Below are positions 49,401-57,700 of a stretch of 64,000 nt of DNA, piece after piece; within the stretch, counting starts at the first letter, position 1; each line of letters begins with the position of its first letter. This DNA comes from a virus, in IMG/VR virus record IMGVR_UViG_3300042883_000668, positions 21,962 through 85,961 of that record. The stretch is one strand, 5' to 3'. The notes beneath the pieces were generated by a model. The model saw only the letters and a list, made by a program, of their open reading frames with translations. It was not told the DNA's origin and made no database searches. Made by a program: the position numbers and the translations under genes.

Positions 49401-50717
49401 AGATTCTTCTGCTGTTTGAAATTGTTTATCATCAGCATATCTACCAGAACCTCTAACTTCACCAATAGGACTAAAGTTCATTGAAGATAATACATCTTTA
49501 CTATCTGTTAATAAATTTTTAACAAAACCTTTATCTTCATATTCTCCTGAATTTAATGCAAAATCTTCTTGACGTTTACCAAAAGCATATTGTGCACCTT
49601 CTTCAAATTTTTCAGATTCATATACTGCTCCAAACTTAGCAGCTTTAGTTCCAAGTCTAGTATATTTATTATAATCAATTGCTTTATTTACAGCTTTAGA
49701 AAGTTTATTAGCACCAAACAAATTAAGTTTTGGAGAAAATAATAAAGCTTCTCCAACGTCAGTAGTAGCTAACATCATATTTTTATAATATAATTCTTCT
49801 CTACCTTTATTTGCTTGAATAATAATATCATCCATAGCATCTTGAGGAATTTGATCTTTAGTTATTTCTTGACCTGTTTGATTATAAACATTATCAATAT
49901 ACTCTTGAGACAAAGCATCTTCATTTGCAGTAATTTGTCCACCAACTTCACTTTTACTTTCTAAATGTCTACCTAAAGCAATACCACCTATAGCACCAGT
50001 TACAGCAAATACTCCTCCCATCCAATTACTTTTAGAACCTTTAACTCCAGCTTTAGCTAAAGCAGCAGTAGCGGCAGTTGCTCCTGCTTTAGTAGCAAAA
50101 GTAGCTAATAAATTAGGAACAATTAAACTCATACTACTACCAAGCATACTAGGCATAGTATATTCTAGTTTATCAAAAAATCCTGCTTCAGAACCTTGAC
50201 CTTGTACTAATGCTTCATTTAATTTATATTTTTTACTAACATATTCATTATCAATTTCTTTTTGATTAGCTATTTTATCTTCAGTAGCAGATTCAATTTC
50301 TTTAATTTGATTATCATTATCTCTTAATAATTCATTTCTAGCAGGATCATTAGGATTTAATGTTTGTAATAATTTATTATTATTAGCAATTTTTAATTTA
50401 GCTGCAGATATATCATATTCATTTGCTGACTTTTGAGTTTCATCAATACCTTGTCTAAAATTATTTACAGCATCTGTAAATTCTAATTGATATTTAGTTT
50501 CATATTTAGAAGGATCTAAAGTAAATTCTTCATTATTATTTAAATAAACAGGAGCATCCTGCATTGCAAGATTTACATCTTGTTTAGTTAAAGGTTTTTT
50601 ACCATAATTATTAAAAAAATCTACAGTACTTACTGGTTCATTATTTTTAGGTACATCTGTTTTAGGTTGTGTACTATAATTATTAAAAAAATCTACTGCA
50701 TTTTCTGGTTCTGGCAT
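37494..50717 (-). CDS. giant virion-packaged polyvalent protein containing crAss-type RNA polymerase
   Basis: 4407 aa; RIP and GADFDFDK (DxDxD at 40854-40868); HEAFH zincin motif (44994-45008); inserted P-loop and GWKLHI modules. Confidence 0.85.
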   Translation of the reverse strand: MPEPENAVDFFNNYSTQPKTDVPKNNEPVSTVDFFNNYGKKPLTKQDVNLAMQDAPVYLNNNEEFTLDPSKYETKYQLEFTDAVNNFRQGIDETQKSANEYDISAAKLKIANNNKLLQTLNPNDPARNELLRDNDNQIKEIESATEDKIANQKEIDNEYVSKKYKLNEALVQGQGSEAGFFDKLEYTMPSMLGSSMSLIVPNLLATFATKAGATAATAALAKAGVKGSKSNWMGGVFAVTGAIGGIALGRHLESKSEVGGQITANEDALSQEYIDNVYNQTGQEITKDQIPQDAMDDIIIQANKGREELYYKNMMLATTDVGEALLFSPKLNLFGANKLSKAVNKAIDYNKYTRLGTKAAKFGAVYESEKFEEGAQYAFGKRQEDFALNSGEYEDKGFVKNLLTDSKDVLSSMNFSPIGEVRGSGRYADDKQFQTAEESGGMLAALMGGIQTTTKVAKDLNTYRKVNKELQDDGVFNVDANYFKLKDQILQKHFENGTTHHLLEGVKNLIGKKNEDGTEILTKEQAKEEVDKVQKAFDTYQTVESQVNQVEKKGAFLMFDSAEQKVAKKAVKDNLFHTSLQLAREQKDLTDLTVKRNNVQNVINDPKLKNYNNINDLIEKQKDVVEKLKAFDPMGTKESFNIPFRLKANEEKLKQLEEIKKAEETKLKEAGVDIKIEPLTIAEQDLNKQIIAKESLLQEQTDNYKELLKIKDDKSLQEWYSKYNKNKNTIRENADAAEAKKAHTDETKVTDFSEFEDEENAPAEDTRWYKDITDRKELDNILQQGKSSGQITQADEDAIVSDWEAIQATKAVSKTDWNNIINNAANGDELKKIIDQIDADVDTQMTPELLDTIAKKRATFTKTEVTENEVIEKLSNGITNSFDDNLNTDEVLESNNTNNETSNKEFVSKKPNALMMKFYDFVSGTKKWARHTKKELLGYVMEASSAEVSIDESNIQVSIDVNSPTVAIEGSEVAYVHNGKDIALVDANGKIVGFLGLGTNEPGPKAGLDVIVAYKELMAIREYVLSKPSGTLKTTILVKGHGKLLTKMAGNLPILDQPVSQRTEDMIEGRPLFLYDDGVGLTSKNLTEAQSKVAEQFKNISFSEGRVYQAVKTANGTWFVIPVYTKLIGEVSNSKEVIDNIISILKGAIVDGKTIDYNKALQQLNKYIFATNTTNYKTNLQALRIYEDKDHVENGTVKVGVVKLTFNDILTGNKIDELRKAISEVRHNLSANELGKSEEDSKLINNDVLVTNAYTDSTGQYYVQPYIEVNNPEGYVKPEIKVEPISATTATNISPVVTTTTFTDEKQIAKLRADEQADLVKAKINLAKFKDTYGENQGDMPDALYAIYKPIYDKYNKLITDVSEVKPTTDAKADVKLSSTDKIIWGHPGLGKTTFREQNPNKVLDFDTDFKPKVAKLLGLPKDKQNSKGLNEWRNDLNETAFETAMRQVWKEAVAEAKKTGKMLVVSDMMFLRENAKDFDKIITLDKETFIKRTTERGDDVTKLESWKSSIDKTIAALDQNKVISTGKYFSEITSSTDAKADTTDLETQKEEYAKIDEIFKNGKNGLYQSPKTSKNKKYADNSSKGWKLHIQFKKGEVVKVAKFLYDNNLYFKAHNDGGTYFNSMANDGATIYIGSSEDALKISNLIKNNLGDILEENKSTQTFNIVDKNESIYSGSGSDITFSKGMGLRFDVAKTKHGWLGEKVGDERVTDKKYSEHGADSWFGKKNAGVPILNKDAQEFSKLSDKIKEGTTKGLTLEEWKKLYARALDIINESKKEAEKDFGKDFLGIDNIINAKYDAELTALKVKPAETTKQEIITPAKPKRDINKIDVTGDDFAESKTQLGGEAVNQASLKALNKILPGLSIANAKLAEEVGKNMKDTYGMFHNMLIYLFNGATNRTLFHEAFHGVFRNMLSDEERRAILNEAIKKYDKPNAARLQFLRKGKGNANLSDEILTQLHYEERLADDFGKHADGVFNPSLGQKIINFFNKIVDLFGVFKNANKDQITKLFEEVTKGKFAKRSIDAKLANKAINLEDFGGAYSRYLNTDNLNIPLSVELERTNSIANQLLDGISKELAKGTPMSEIKKKKVNEIASKIRAQYKLVWETEDAKSDDELNGPLLKIAYGVDLKFEGMLLNAKKLIKLTRKLNLDGDFVDTAETEGSEDVTKDSENIDNMQGNESKGFQEQTTISGIRSATQDIKLFLSNIPVISKQGVVQIDSYGFTIYHSYEKLYYKLETSLVGTTSFVEQMKIMKELAPYSTEMKQIIEAIEKITNPQIAKNFKQQFASNFNKQVLNYKLVTYAKSKLGYIFKMLDPNRKDVALNLKTKWTADNITDPTNLATSDIRTFNEDLAVYQVSKNKVSALLDSYWSKGEKTKSGTILVPKLTIDEVYELAQKLGIGLSFDSIELYASLKEENLKNLTRDLLNYGDLMYVKNKFTPARNVLNNLIKLEINAQTELFTSSFNNVENSVVYAVQHQSFASKLVKALNSKEIASDNLVKELQRDPMNFNNIILNNKGKLEMFALDGLKMQGDNITGKKFNQIHADDYLAMIINMYDNPTAKDNKLELEVGVYAPIIPAEKGLSFGFTGIKISVNKIDNKIPADSQIVKEFQQLFFNELARIRQVMIDIKTLPTDKLINNVHLGKKLGLQFNLPNAITPKLKAKLDAFLQTTLDQTIAKGINPSEYLRGMLSNVSDEKIAKLMEEINTSIMVNLESIEQSHIALALESDVIQIKEGKLVSDKLSTDNVEKLIREWALNSTLFNVSQSLLINGDPAFYKGAEDNGKRFYQGFSMLKFADTTTIDDSYKYLKGGKMKINVIADVKESTRSTQDLADIAKDNNLPKVQELAEAHYNQREEDGKIVNPLNATDAQLFVSVGVYAELKRLFGVSSQELTEGFSNADLADALNNVPKSQQGILDIIKPFFYGVQWNEEYQRYVPIQVKCSIFPLSNKYVANNPLLAEHKALMDADENYPQVIAFESSMKAMLPNRVKIENIGETSIVELDLNNFGEQVANPDHMLDSSNSSLRQMKMLMYGMVQEKDANGKDLMYGDKTGRQIKDEIAMLDKANIEEALGKVVSAFEGNNKEFNEFIQNAITSRNSTSIIEAVFEQKPDGTFSYPLDLINSKATIQLISSVFSKRVVRQEFKGGAAVQVSSVGLQIAPKQSDYKTAKAFQEAVEASPELSKLQTSLNWVRKGEVDPKTGKVSSIDFIEAYAPAHAREFINPDGSFKDNIPDELKQMLIYRIPYEGAHSSMVIRVVGFLPAEYKGAMLLPYEVTQQFGADFDFDKIYFIVKDFVMSKDGKFKIFKYIDGTSEQNVLDRYKALINHVLKNDKNARDLVKQANKEIEEFDYTLDYNDKIQVLLDNNIIPFPEDFAKLSVADQNIKPARDNKILDNYMQILRSVNMLESLITPSGPGAIADVYENVEESEDHGNYFTPGHQVYLKDLFHKISMLKGVSALQVTGHAWATEGNLEIKPITIKENGESIVIERGVKVFSKNEEGKNETQIKKNLSKVISDSGNKIVEELSSMMAVILDAVKSPNQLPSIGISMKTLPIWSYLVRLGFGSRTASQFTSQQAIKDLSAALENNDKQLKSKDFVKQDVNTVRAEYIQKYQEAYDALYAENKFNEGNSINSRKIVEYLEKNDSEKIGKYNTLSLKDLEKYSTLNPEELAKKKLKQPYKSLSQQNEELTGTDKLNYLKSQIVALNVFKDSEDVIKELGELNQLFSINKETGPNFEDVNSKKASKESLIKDDTAISGIGQLLNSDAIKPYIDTIDAQFEIMAKHYNFASPFFNNIKDELAKMQYGNRSNLTRIPAEDREVINGFIQMFLDAEETFDNIYTDENRIPEEDFINDLKVLLSKKISTSYKYKIFGDKVLTAKAQEQLKSTALLQSLEVVSIKNSNQNYVALKGNRYELAQKEMMIDELVRLYNSKYKEFAVRLIEQAFKDTGFFSGLHAYSGLIHPSILQDMGLIEARAKIREMVKSESTNKGRMARIIDQLVRNNAKKFTRVYDNNQKLFTEIEEGKTIIVDMNSKDSRLKTELNRPGEDNKHPMYIRYTLNDTFTPIYKLDVEATEESGQITYRQVSYLGSPAKKIEINPNSDEVKTKFPNNEYEKFVDKDKTKTTNGRSEADLAAEFLSDDELTSVPETSEVETNSDSENITDGQAEIKPEGSILSAQDLADEWGDEEFEEETTESTTSVESKELTQEEADWLANNIKLITRTYKVFSIHDAIDTELKNPIIIGETKVTNIDPDVSEKPYIIFERSSGRWMVKIEEKKGNLFTRLYKWADYNKKGEFSFYVSEDSSANDKANIEKAGLNPLIQQLYTDTNIKDPGTRLGQFEAANALQQKYNIKRTFKDIINELKNNISPSQEKSVSSTIINPEITQNKPDGLPGIDRSPESCS
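46092..46615. repeat. 20-bp direct repeat ATCAGCTTTAGCATCTGTAG (46092-46111 and 46596-46615) encoding TDAKAD
   Basis: exact match, 504 nt (168 codons) apart. Confidence 0.85.
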
Positions 50718-50740
50718 AGTGTTTAGTTTTATTTGTATTA

Positions 50741-50772
50741 CAAATATAATGTATTATTTTTAAAATATGAAA
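50741..50772 (-). promoter_or_regulatory. Bacteroidota-type promoter for giant RNAP gene
   Basis: TTTC-N20-TATATTTG, 23 nt upstream of ATG 50717. Confidence 0.65.
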
Positions 50773-50777
50773 TTTAA

Positions 50778-52550
50778 TTATTCAAAAGACATTCCAGCAC
50801 CTGTATCACCACTTGTATTATAATAATTACTCATAAGTTCTGAATTTGTTATTTTATTATTTCTAGCTCTAGATGCTGCAGAAAATGATCCTGCATCACT
50901 TAAACCAATTGTTAAATCACCACTTTTTAATTTATATTCTTTTTTAATTCTTTCACCTTCTTCTCTAATTGCATTAGGAGAATTAGCAAAGTTTATGTAT
51001 CTAGTTTCACCTTTATATTTAAATATAAATATAACTGCTTGACCACTAGTTTTGTTATAATCATTTGGATCTTTAGCTATTGAAATAGGTATAGTAGCAT
51101 CACCTGTTTTTTTATCTGTCCAATAAGTATGACCTTCAAAATTACGATCTCTTGTCATTGTATTAAAGTTAATATCATCAAACTTTGTTTGTCTAATTAA
51201 AAACTTTTTAGAATTAGCAGAAACATCTTTTTTAGGAACTACTTTTAAATAATTACCATCTTTACGTTCTTCTAATACTCCAACATATTCTTCTGGTTTT
51301 TGATTTTTATAAAAGTTTTTAGTATTAGAATGTTGAAATCCTGTTATTGGATCTTCATCTAAAAAATGCATTAAAGTTCCTTTACCTGGAACTTCAGTTT
51401 TATTATTTCTATTTCTTCTTGTTGAATAAGTATTAATTTTTATAGGATCTGAATTACTAGCAGAATATCTAAATTTTAAATAAGGTGTTGAACTACTTGG
51501 ATTTAAATCTTCATATTTTTTAGTAACTAATTCTTTTTCTTTATTTTTAGTAGCTCTTTCTAAATAACTTTCAAATTTAGGTACATCATAAGGTGTTTTA
51601 ATTACTTCATCTGTAGCTCCTAATTTATTTAAAGCCGTACTTGTAAACATTCCATTTTCAGGTAAATTAGTATTTAAAAAATTATCTATAAAACCAGCTT
51701 CTTTTGCTTTATCAGTATTAATATTATCTATTAATTTTTTTCTAGTATTTAATAATGTAGAATATTTTTCAACTATTTTTTTATTTCCTTTATTTGCAGG
51801 ATTAGTTGCTTCATAATAAGCTTGTTGTAAAGCTTCATCTGTTTTTTTAACTAAATCACTGTTTGATATAGGTTTACCACTTTCTGTTTTTGAAATATTA
51901 TTTTCAATAAGTTTTTTAGTAATTTCTTTATTAGGAACTTTAATAACTGTTTTAGGTTTAACTTCTACTTTAGGTTCTACTTTAGTTTCTACTTTAGTTT
52001 CTACTTTAGGTTTAACTTCTAAATTAGGTTTAACAACATTATTTTGATTTGGTGTAGTTGCAGAAGTACTTGTTGATTGTAATGTAGAACTAGGTTCTTT
52101 ATTTAAATCTCTTAATACTGTAGGATCTTCTGTTTTTAAATGAGCTTTTGTAAAAGCATGATCAGGATCAACACCTACTTCAAGAAGTTTTGATTTAATA
52201 TCTCCTAATGTTGAAGTATTAGATATTACTGTAGAACTACCTGCAGATTTTAAATCAGTATTTAATCTTTCAATCATATGTTGAGTATATGATGCAGGAT
52301 TATTTTGATCTTCTTTAGGTGCAAATTTATGAATATATGCTTCTATTGTAGTTTCAGGTTTTACCCAACTTGAACCTCCATTAAGTTTTAAATGTATATC
52401 GTGATAAATATCATTATACGCATCTATAGGATTATCAAACCTTTTAATAGGATTAATAGACTTACCGTTAACTACAACTTTTTTTGTTAAATCTCTAATA
52501 CCACCAGTGTATTTTACTTCTTTAGGGGAGTTGCTGGTGTTTGTGACCAA
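50778..52550 (-). CDS. C-terminal extension of 54709 ORF reached by -1 frameshift; N-terminal lysozyme-like domain
   Basis: only a TTG start buried in a GC-rich structure; TTIEAYIHKFAP..DQNNPASY motif; KVETKVEPKV linker. Confidence 0.7.
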   Translation of the reverse strand: MVTNTSNSPKEVKYTGGIRDLTKKVVVNGKSINPIKRFDNPIDAYNDIYHDIHLKLNGGSSWVKPETTIEAYIHKFAPKEDQNNPASYTQHMIERLNTDLKSAGSSTVISNTSTLGDIKSKLLEVGVDPDHAFTKAHLKTEDPTVLRDLNKEPSSTLQSTSTSATTPNQNNVVKPNLEVKPKVETKVETKVEPKVEVKPKTVIKVPNKEITKKLIENNISKTESGKPISNSDLVKKTDEALQQAYYEATNPANKGNKKIVEKYSTLLNTRKKLIDNINTDKAKEAGFIDNFLNTNLPENGMFTSTALNKLGATDEVIKTPYDVPKFESYLERATKNKEKELVTKKYEDLNPSSSTPYLKFRYSASNSDPIKINTYSTRRNRNNKTEVPGKGTLMHFLDEDPITGFQHSNTKNFYKNQKPEEYVGVLEERKDGNYLKVVPKKDVSANSKKFLIRQTKFDDINFNTMTRDRNFEGHTYWTDKKTGDATIPISIAKDPNDYNKTSGQAVIFIFKYKGETRYINFANSPNAIREEGERIKKEYKLKSGDLTIGLSDAGSFSAASRARNNKITNSELMSNYYNTSGDTGAGMSFE

Positions 52551-52568
52551 CCCCCCTGGCTCTTTCCC
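52503..52568 (-). other. programmed -1 ribosomal frameshift signal: G_GGA_AAG + H-type pseudoknot
   Basis: slippery heptamer in correct frame; S1 GGGGGGUUG/CAACUCCCC, S2 CACCAG/CUGGUG. Confidence 0.85.
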
Positions 52569-54709
52569 ACAGTTGCAGGTGGTTGAGCAACTACTCCGTT
52601 ATTTTTATATTTTTTTAATATTTCTTCAGGACCATCTAAATCTAAAGCATTTTTAAAACCAACCCAAGTTTCTTTTGTTGCTTTTGGATTACTTTTTAAT
52701 TCATTTATCATATTAAATAATTCACCTTTAATATCAGCATCTATATTTCGATCAGATGATATATCAGCTACTATATTATTTTTAAAAGTTGTAGGGTTTG
52801 AAGTATATGATTGACCAAAAACTTTATTTCTTCTTTCCATCATTCCTTTACCTAATAAATCATTATAAGATTCAGCAAAATATTCTGATTTTTTAGAAGC
52901 AACTGTAGGTGTATAAAAAGAACTATTGTAATTTTGATTTACAATTTGAGATACTTGAATAGGTTTTTTAATTGGTATTTTAAATTGTTCTATACCATCT
53001 CTTGTTGCAGTATAAGGTTGTATCATACCATTTCCTCCACTAGATTCTAAAAATAATTCTTGCCATTCATCTACCCATGGTGATCCAGTCCAATCTTCTT
53101 CATTACCATATTTTCCATTTTTTACTAATTCTGAATTTATTTGATCTTTAGTCATAATAATATAACCATCTAAAAATGCTTTATCTCCAACATTAGTTTT
53201 GTTATTACCATCTTTTAAGATAAAAGGATAATCTCCTGAAATTTTAAACATTTGTCCCATATCCTCAGCCTCTTTAACTGTTTTAACATTTAATGTTTTT
53301 AAATAATTATCTTTAAATTTAGGATCAGAAATATCTACACCATTTTCTTTAGCTTCTTCTGCAAGTAATTTAAAATTATCTGTAGTTTTTAAATAAGATT
53401 CTTTCATTGTTTCTACAGGTACATTTACAGTTTTAATTGTATTTTTACCATTAACTATTGTAGGACTTGTAACATAAATTTGATTTCCTACAATTTGATA
53501 AGTACTCTTAGGATCTTTTGCTTTTAATTTTTCTAAGAATGTTTCATTATTTTCTATACCTGTAGTCTTTTTAAGATTATTTAATTCGTTACCATAGGTT
53601 ACAACATTGTTAGCTTGAGGATTATCTGGAGTTACTTTAGCAAAGTTAACAATTGCTCCTTGACCATCTGTATTATCTAAAGTAACCATGTGACTTCCTG
53701 GAACATCATCAGGACCTTTAGCCCATCCTAAATGATCTAATTGAGGAGCTGCAACTTGAGCAGTTTTAGCATCAACTAATAATGCATATTGATTTACAAC
53801 ACCATCTTCATCATCACCTGTACCACCTGTTCTAGTTCTACCTGATGCATCTTTTGGTAATGCTGTTACTTTATCAGCTCCTAATTTTTGAATTTCTTTT
53901 TCATTATAATATTCACCTAAAAATGCATTAGCTGTAGCATCTAATTCTTGTTCAGGTGTCCAATCAAGTCCTTGTTTTGCAAATCTTGCTTTATCATACA
54001 TATAAGATTGAGTATTTAAAGCATTAGGATCTTGTTTAATATAATTAGCCATTACGTTTTTAACCTGAGCTCTTCTTAATCCTTCTGCTTCTACACCTTC
54101 TTGTAAAGTTTGAGTATGTTCTTTACCCATTTCATCAATCCAAGTTTTAGTAACAGGTTGTTCATAAATTCTAGAAATAACAGGTTTTATTTGAGCATAT
54201 AAAGGTTTTCTTTCTGCGTTTCTATCACCTGGTGCTACTACATTGTAATAACTTTCATCAAATGGTTGATCAACACCTAATTGTTTAACATTACCTTTTT
54301 CATCAGAATAATTTTGTATAACATAAGGATGATTAGGATCTGTTCTTTGTTTATTAACATCTTTAGTTATCGCAATATCTCTTTGTATACCTTGATATAA
54401 AGGATCATTTTGAACAGCACTAGCTATTTCTTTAACATCTTGAGTTAATCTACCATAGTTACCTGTTTGTTCAGCTCTAGTTTGAGCTTCTGCTAACATA
54501 GCATTTTTTTTAGCATTTAAAGCTTTAGCATGTTCTTGAGTAGCTAGTCCACCTTGAATATCAGTTTTCCACTTTGCTGCTTCAGCATCAGCAGTATCAT
54601 GTTCAAGTTTTACTTGTTCACCCATTTTGGTTATTGTATCAAAAGGTAGTGGTACATGCTGTGGAGTATACTCACTGGTACCTGTTGTACTAAATCTATT
54701 TATTCCCAT
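52514..54709 (-). CDS. virion (probably ejected) protein
   Basis: 731 aa; crAss-like position upstream of the RNAP gene. Confidence 0.7.
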   Translation of the reverse strand: MGINRFSTTGTSEYTPQHVPLPFDTITKMGEQVKLEHDTADAEAAKWKTDIQGGLATQEHAKALNAKKNAMLAEAQTRAEQTGNYGRLTQDVKEIASAVQNDPLYQGIQRDIAITKDVNKQRTDPNHPYVIQNYSDEKGNVKQLGVDQPFDESYYNVVAPGDRNAERKPLYAQIKPVISRIYEQPVTKTWIDEMGKEHTQTLQEGVEAEGLRRAQVKNVMANYIKQDPNALNTQSYMYDKARFAKQGLDWTPEQELDATANAFLGEYYNEKEIQKLGADKVTALPKDASGRTRTGGTGDDEDGVVNQYALLVDAKTAQVAAPQLDHLGWAKGPDDVPGSHMVTLDNTDGQGAIVNFAKVTPDNPQANNVVTYGNELNNLKKTTGIENNETFLEKLKAKDPKSTYQIVGNQIYVTSPTIVNGKNTIKTVNVPVETMKESYLKTTDNFKLLAEEAKENGVDISDPKFKDNYLKTLNVKTVKEAEDMGQMFKISGDYPFILKDGNNKTNVGDKAFLDGYIIMTKDQINSELVKNGKYGNEEDWTGSPWVDEWQELFLESSGGNGMIQPYTATRDGIEQFKIPIKKPIQVSQIVNQNYNSSFYTPTVASKKSEYFAESYNDLLGKGMMERRNKVFGQSYTSNPTTFKNNIVADISSDRNIDADIKGELFNMINELKSNPKATKETWVGFKNALDLDGPEEILKKYKNNGVVAQPPATVGKSQGGWSQTPATPLKK

Positions 54710-54713
54710 ATTA

Positions 54714-54721
54714 CAAATATA
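54714..54721 (-). promoter_or_regulatory. -7 promoter element, leaderless start
   Basis: TATATTTG then 4 nt then ATG 54709. Confidence 0.6.
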
Positions 54722-54733
54722 CTAATTTAATTA

Positions 54734-57700
54734 TTAAACTATTGCTTCTCCTGAATTATTTTGAGTACTAAAATTATCAATATATTTTCTAAATCCTGGT
54801 TCATTTTGGTATCTCCATTGGAACATCTTTAAAGTATCTTGATCCATATTATCTTGTCTACCTGATTTAGTCATCTTACCAAATGATTCACCCCCTTTGT
54901 GTATAGCTTGACTTCTAACATTTTCTAAAGCAGCAGCATTAGCAGCTCTAGCAACAGCTTGATCTTTCTTTATACCAGTATTAAATTGATTAGTTTGATT
55001 AGCAATTTGAGCATTAGCATTATCATATGTTTCACGAAGTCTACCAATTCTACTAGCAGTACCTGCTTTATTAGCACCTAATAAATTCATAGCTGCTCCT
55101 GCATTACCACCAACTAATCCTGGTATTGCTTTTCTAGTTTGTCTACCAATATAATTTTCACCTGCTATTGCTTGTGTAGGATCTAAGTATTTTGCAGTCA
55201 TTAAATCATAAGTTTCTAAAGGTTCATTCTTTCTAGTTAAATCATAAATATTACCTGCATTTTGTCCTAAGAAATTAGCACCCTGCATTGCTAATTTACC
55301 CCAATCAAAGTTTTTAGAATTAGGATTCATTTGAGTAAATGAATTATCTGGTATTCTAGCCATACTTTCATTTTCTCTTTTTCTTGATTCTTCTTTAGAA
55401 TACCAATCTGGCCCTAATGCATTAGTATAATCAGTTTCATATTTTGGTACAGGTACACCAGGAACAACAACACCTTCTCCTTCATCTGTCATTGCAGATA
55501 CATTAGGATTACTATATCCAGGATTTTTATTTCCTGTCATTTGATTAAAAGCTAAATTTCTTTGATTTTGTTCTTGGTTAAAAGCTCTTGATCTTTCAAA
55601 GTTAAAATTAGTAGGTAAATTACCATCACCTAATTTATATTTAGGCATTTGGCCACCGTATTTAAATGACATTCCACTTTCTTTAGTGTAAGCATCCATT
55701 TGTTCTTTCATAGTTCCTTTACCTACTTCATATGTAAATTTAGGAATTGCTTCTTTTTGAATTCTAAATGTTCCACTTCCTCCTTCTAAACCACCAACTT
55801 TATTAACAAGATTTACATTTTTTTCATCTATATTTCTATGTTTTTTAGGATCATATTTTTGAAAATATTTACTTACATTTTCATTACTTGTTCCTTCACT
55901 AACAGGAAGTATTTTTTCATTATATGTTTTAGCATCTACAACATATTGTTGACCACCATAAGTAATAGGCATAAATGTATTTTCTTTAGCTTTAGTTTTA
56001 CTTACACTAGAGAAAAAAGGATACCTAAACTGAGTTGTTTTACTTCCTAAGATTCTATCAACTGGTACATTTGGATCTCCTTGATTATAATACTTTTGAA
56101 CTTCTTCTATATCACCTAAACTAACAGATCTTTGTTTATCTGATAAACCTTTGTTATAATCTGAAATAGCTAAATTTGTATAATCATTAGCTAACTTTGT
56201 ATTTCCAGCTTTATTGCCAACAAAATTTTCTCCTGTAGGTAATTTATAAGTACTTAAAAATTTTTGAAAATCATTCCATTTACCAGTATCTATATTTGGA
56301 TTTTGAATAAGGTAATCTGGATTATTATAAACTTCAAATTTTGTATCTTTGTTTTTCATACTAGCTTCATCATATCCAGTTTTTCCATAAGAAGGTATAT
56401 CACTTACTTTTAAAGTACCATTTACAGGTGTTGTTCCATTAGAAGCAGTAGTTAGTGGATCTTCAGGCATATTACCACCATCATCATACATAGGTATACT
56501 ACCTTTAAAGTTATTGTAAGGATTAGTCATTGCAGGATAACCACCACCCATTGCATACATTGGATTACCTGCATTATCAGTATTATAAAAAGGTAGTTGT
56601 ACTCCACCCATTGCCATATAATTCATCATACCACCATATCTTGCCATTGGCATTTCACCTTGAAGTTGTTCAGGCATACCTTGAGATTGCATTTGTTGAT
56701 TATCCATTGGAGGTTGAGGTAACTCTCCTCTATTTATTGCTTTACGTTGTTCTTTATTAGCAATAATTGCATTTTGAATATCGTTAGCTTTATTTTTTAA
56801 TTCAGCAAAACCTTGTAATTTTTTATCAAAAACTAATGATAATAAATCACTACTATTTTTAGAATATCTATCTCCTTTTTCAGCTTTCTTTAAAATATTA
56901 TCTTTTAACTTTGTAATACTGTTTTCATCTTTAGTTAATTTTTGCATATACTCTGAAAAAGTTTCTCCTTTTTTATTAGCCATAAAAGAAGGTACTTTTG
57001 TTTTACCATTAACAATAGAACCTTGTTCCATTTTTATAGGTATACCTGTAGAACCATCAGGATTTACTTCATCGTGAGTAGAACCTTTTGTTTTATAAGT
57101 AGGTGTACCATATGGATTATTAGAAGCTAATTCAACTCCACCATTAGCAAATACTTGAGGAGGTGTATTTGAAGTAATCATTTCATTATCTTCAACTTCA
57201 GAATTAGGTTGTATATTCATACCACCCATTGCAAATCTCATTTGTCCACCATATTTCATTGCTAAAGGAGGTGTACCACTTGGTAAGTTACCCATAAAAC
57301 CAGCACCCATTCCTCCTGAACCTCCACCCATAAAACTATTAAGCATACCACCCATTTGACCATTCATATTTCCTTGATTCATATATTGATTATATTTACC
57401 TAAACCTTGTCCAAAACTAGAAGCATTAAAATTACCTGCTTGAGTTTGCATTCCAGAAGTCATAGGCGATCCTGCTTGACCATAAGCCATAGCACCAATT
57501 TGTCCTGCTGTATTTAAAGCCATACCTGCACCTTGAGCCCAATCTTTACTTTCATTACCTTTACTTATACCTGCACCTAATCCTTTACCAGTTTGACTAA
57601 TAGCTGCACCTGTAGCACCAGGATTAATAATAGCTCCACCAATTGCTCCAGCAGCATTACTAAATCCTCTAATAGAATCTTGTTCTCTCATTTCATCTTG

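Noticed and set aside
51950-52030. Short tandem repeats (CTACTTTAG units)
   Set aside because: They encode a KVETKVEPKV protein linker; not CRISPR or a regulatory array
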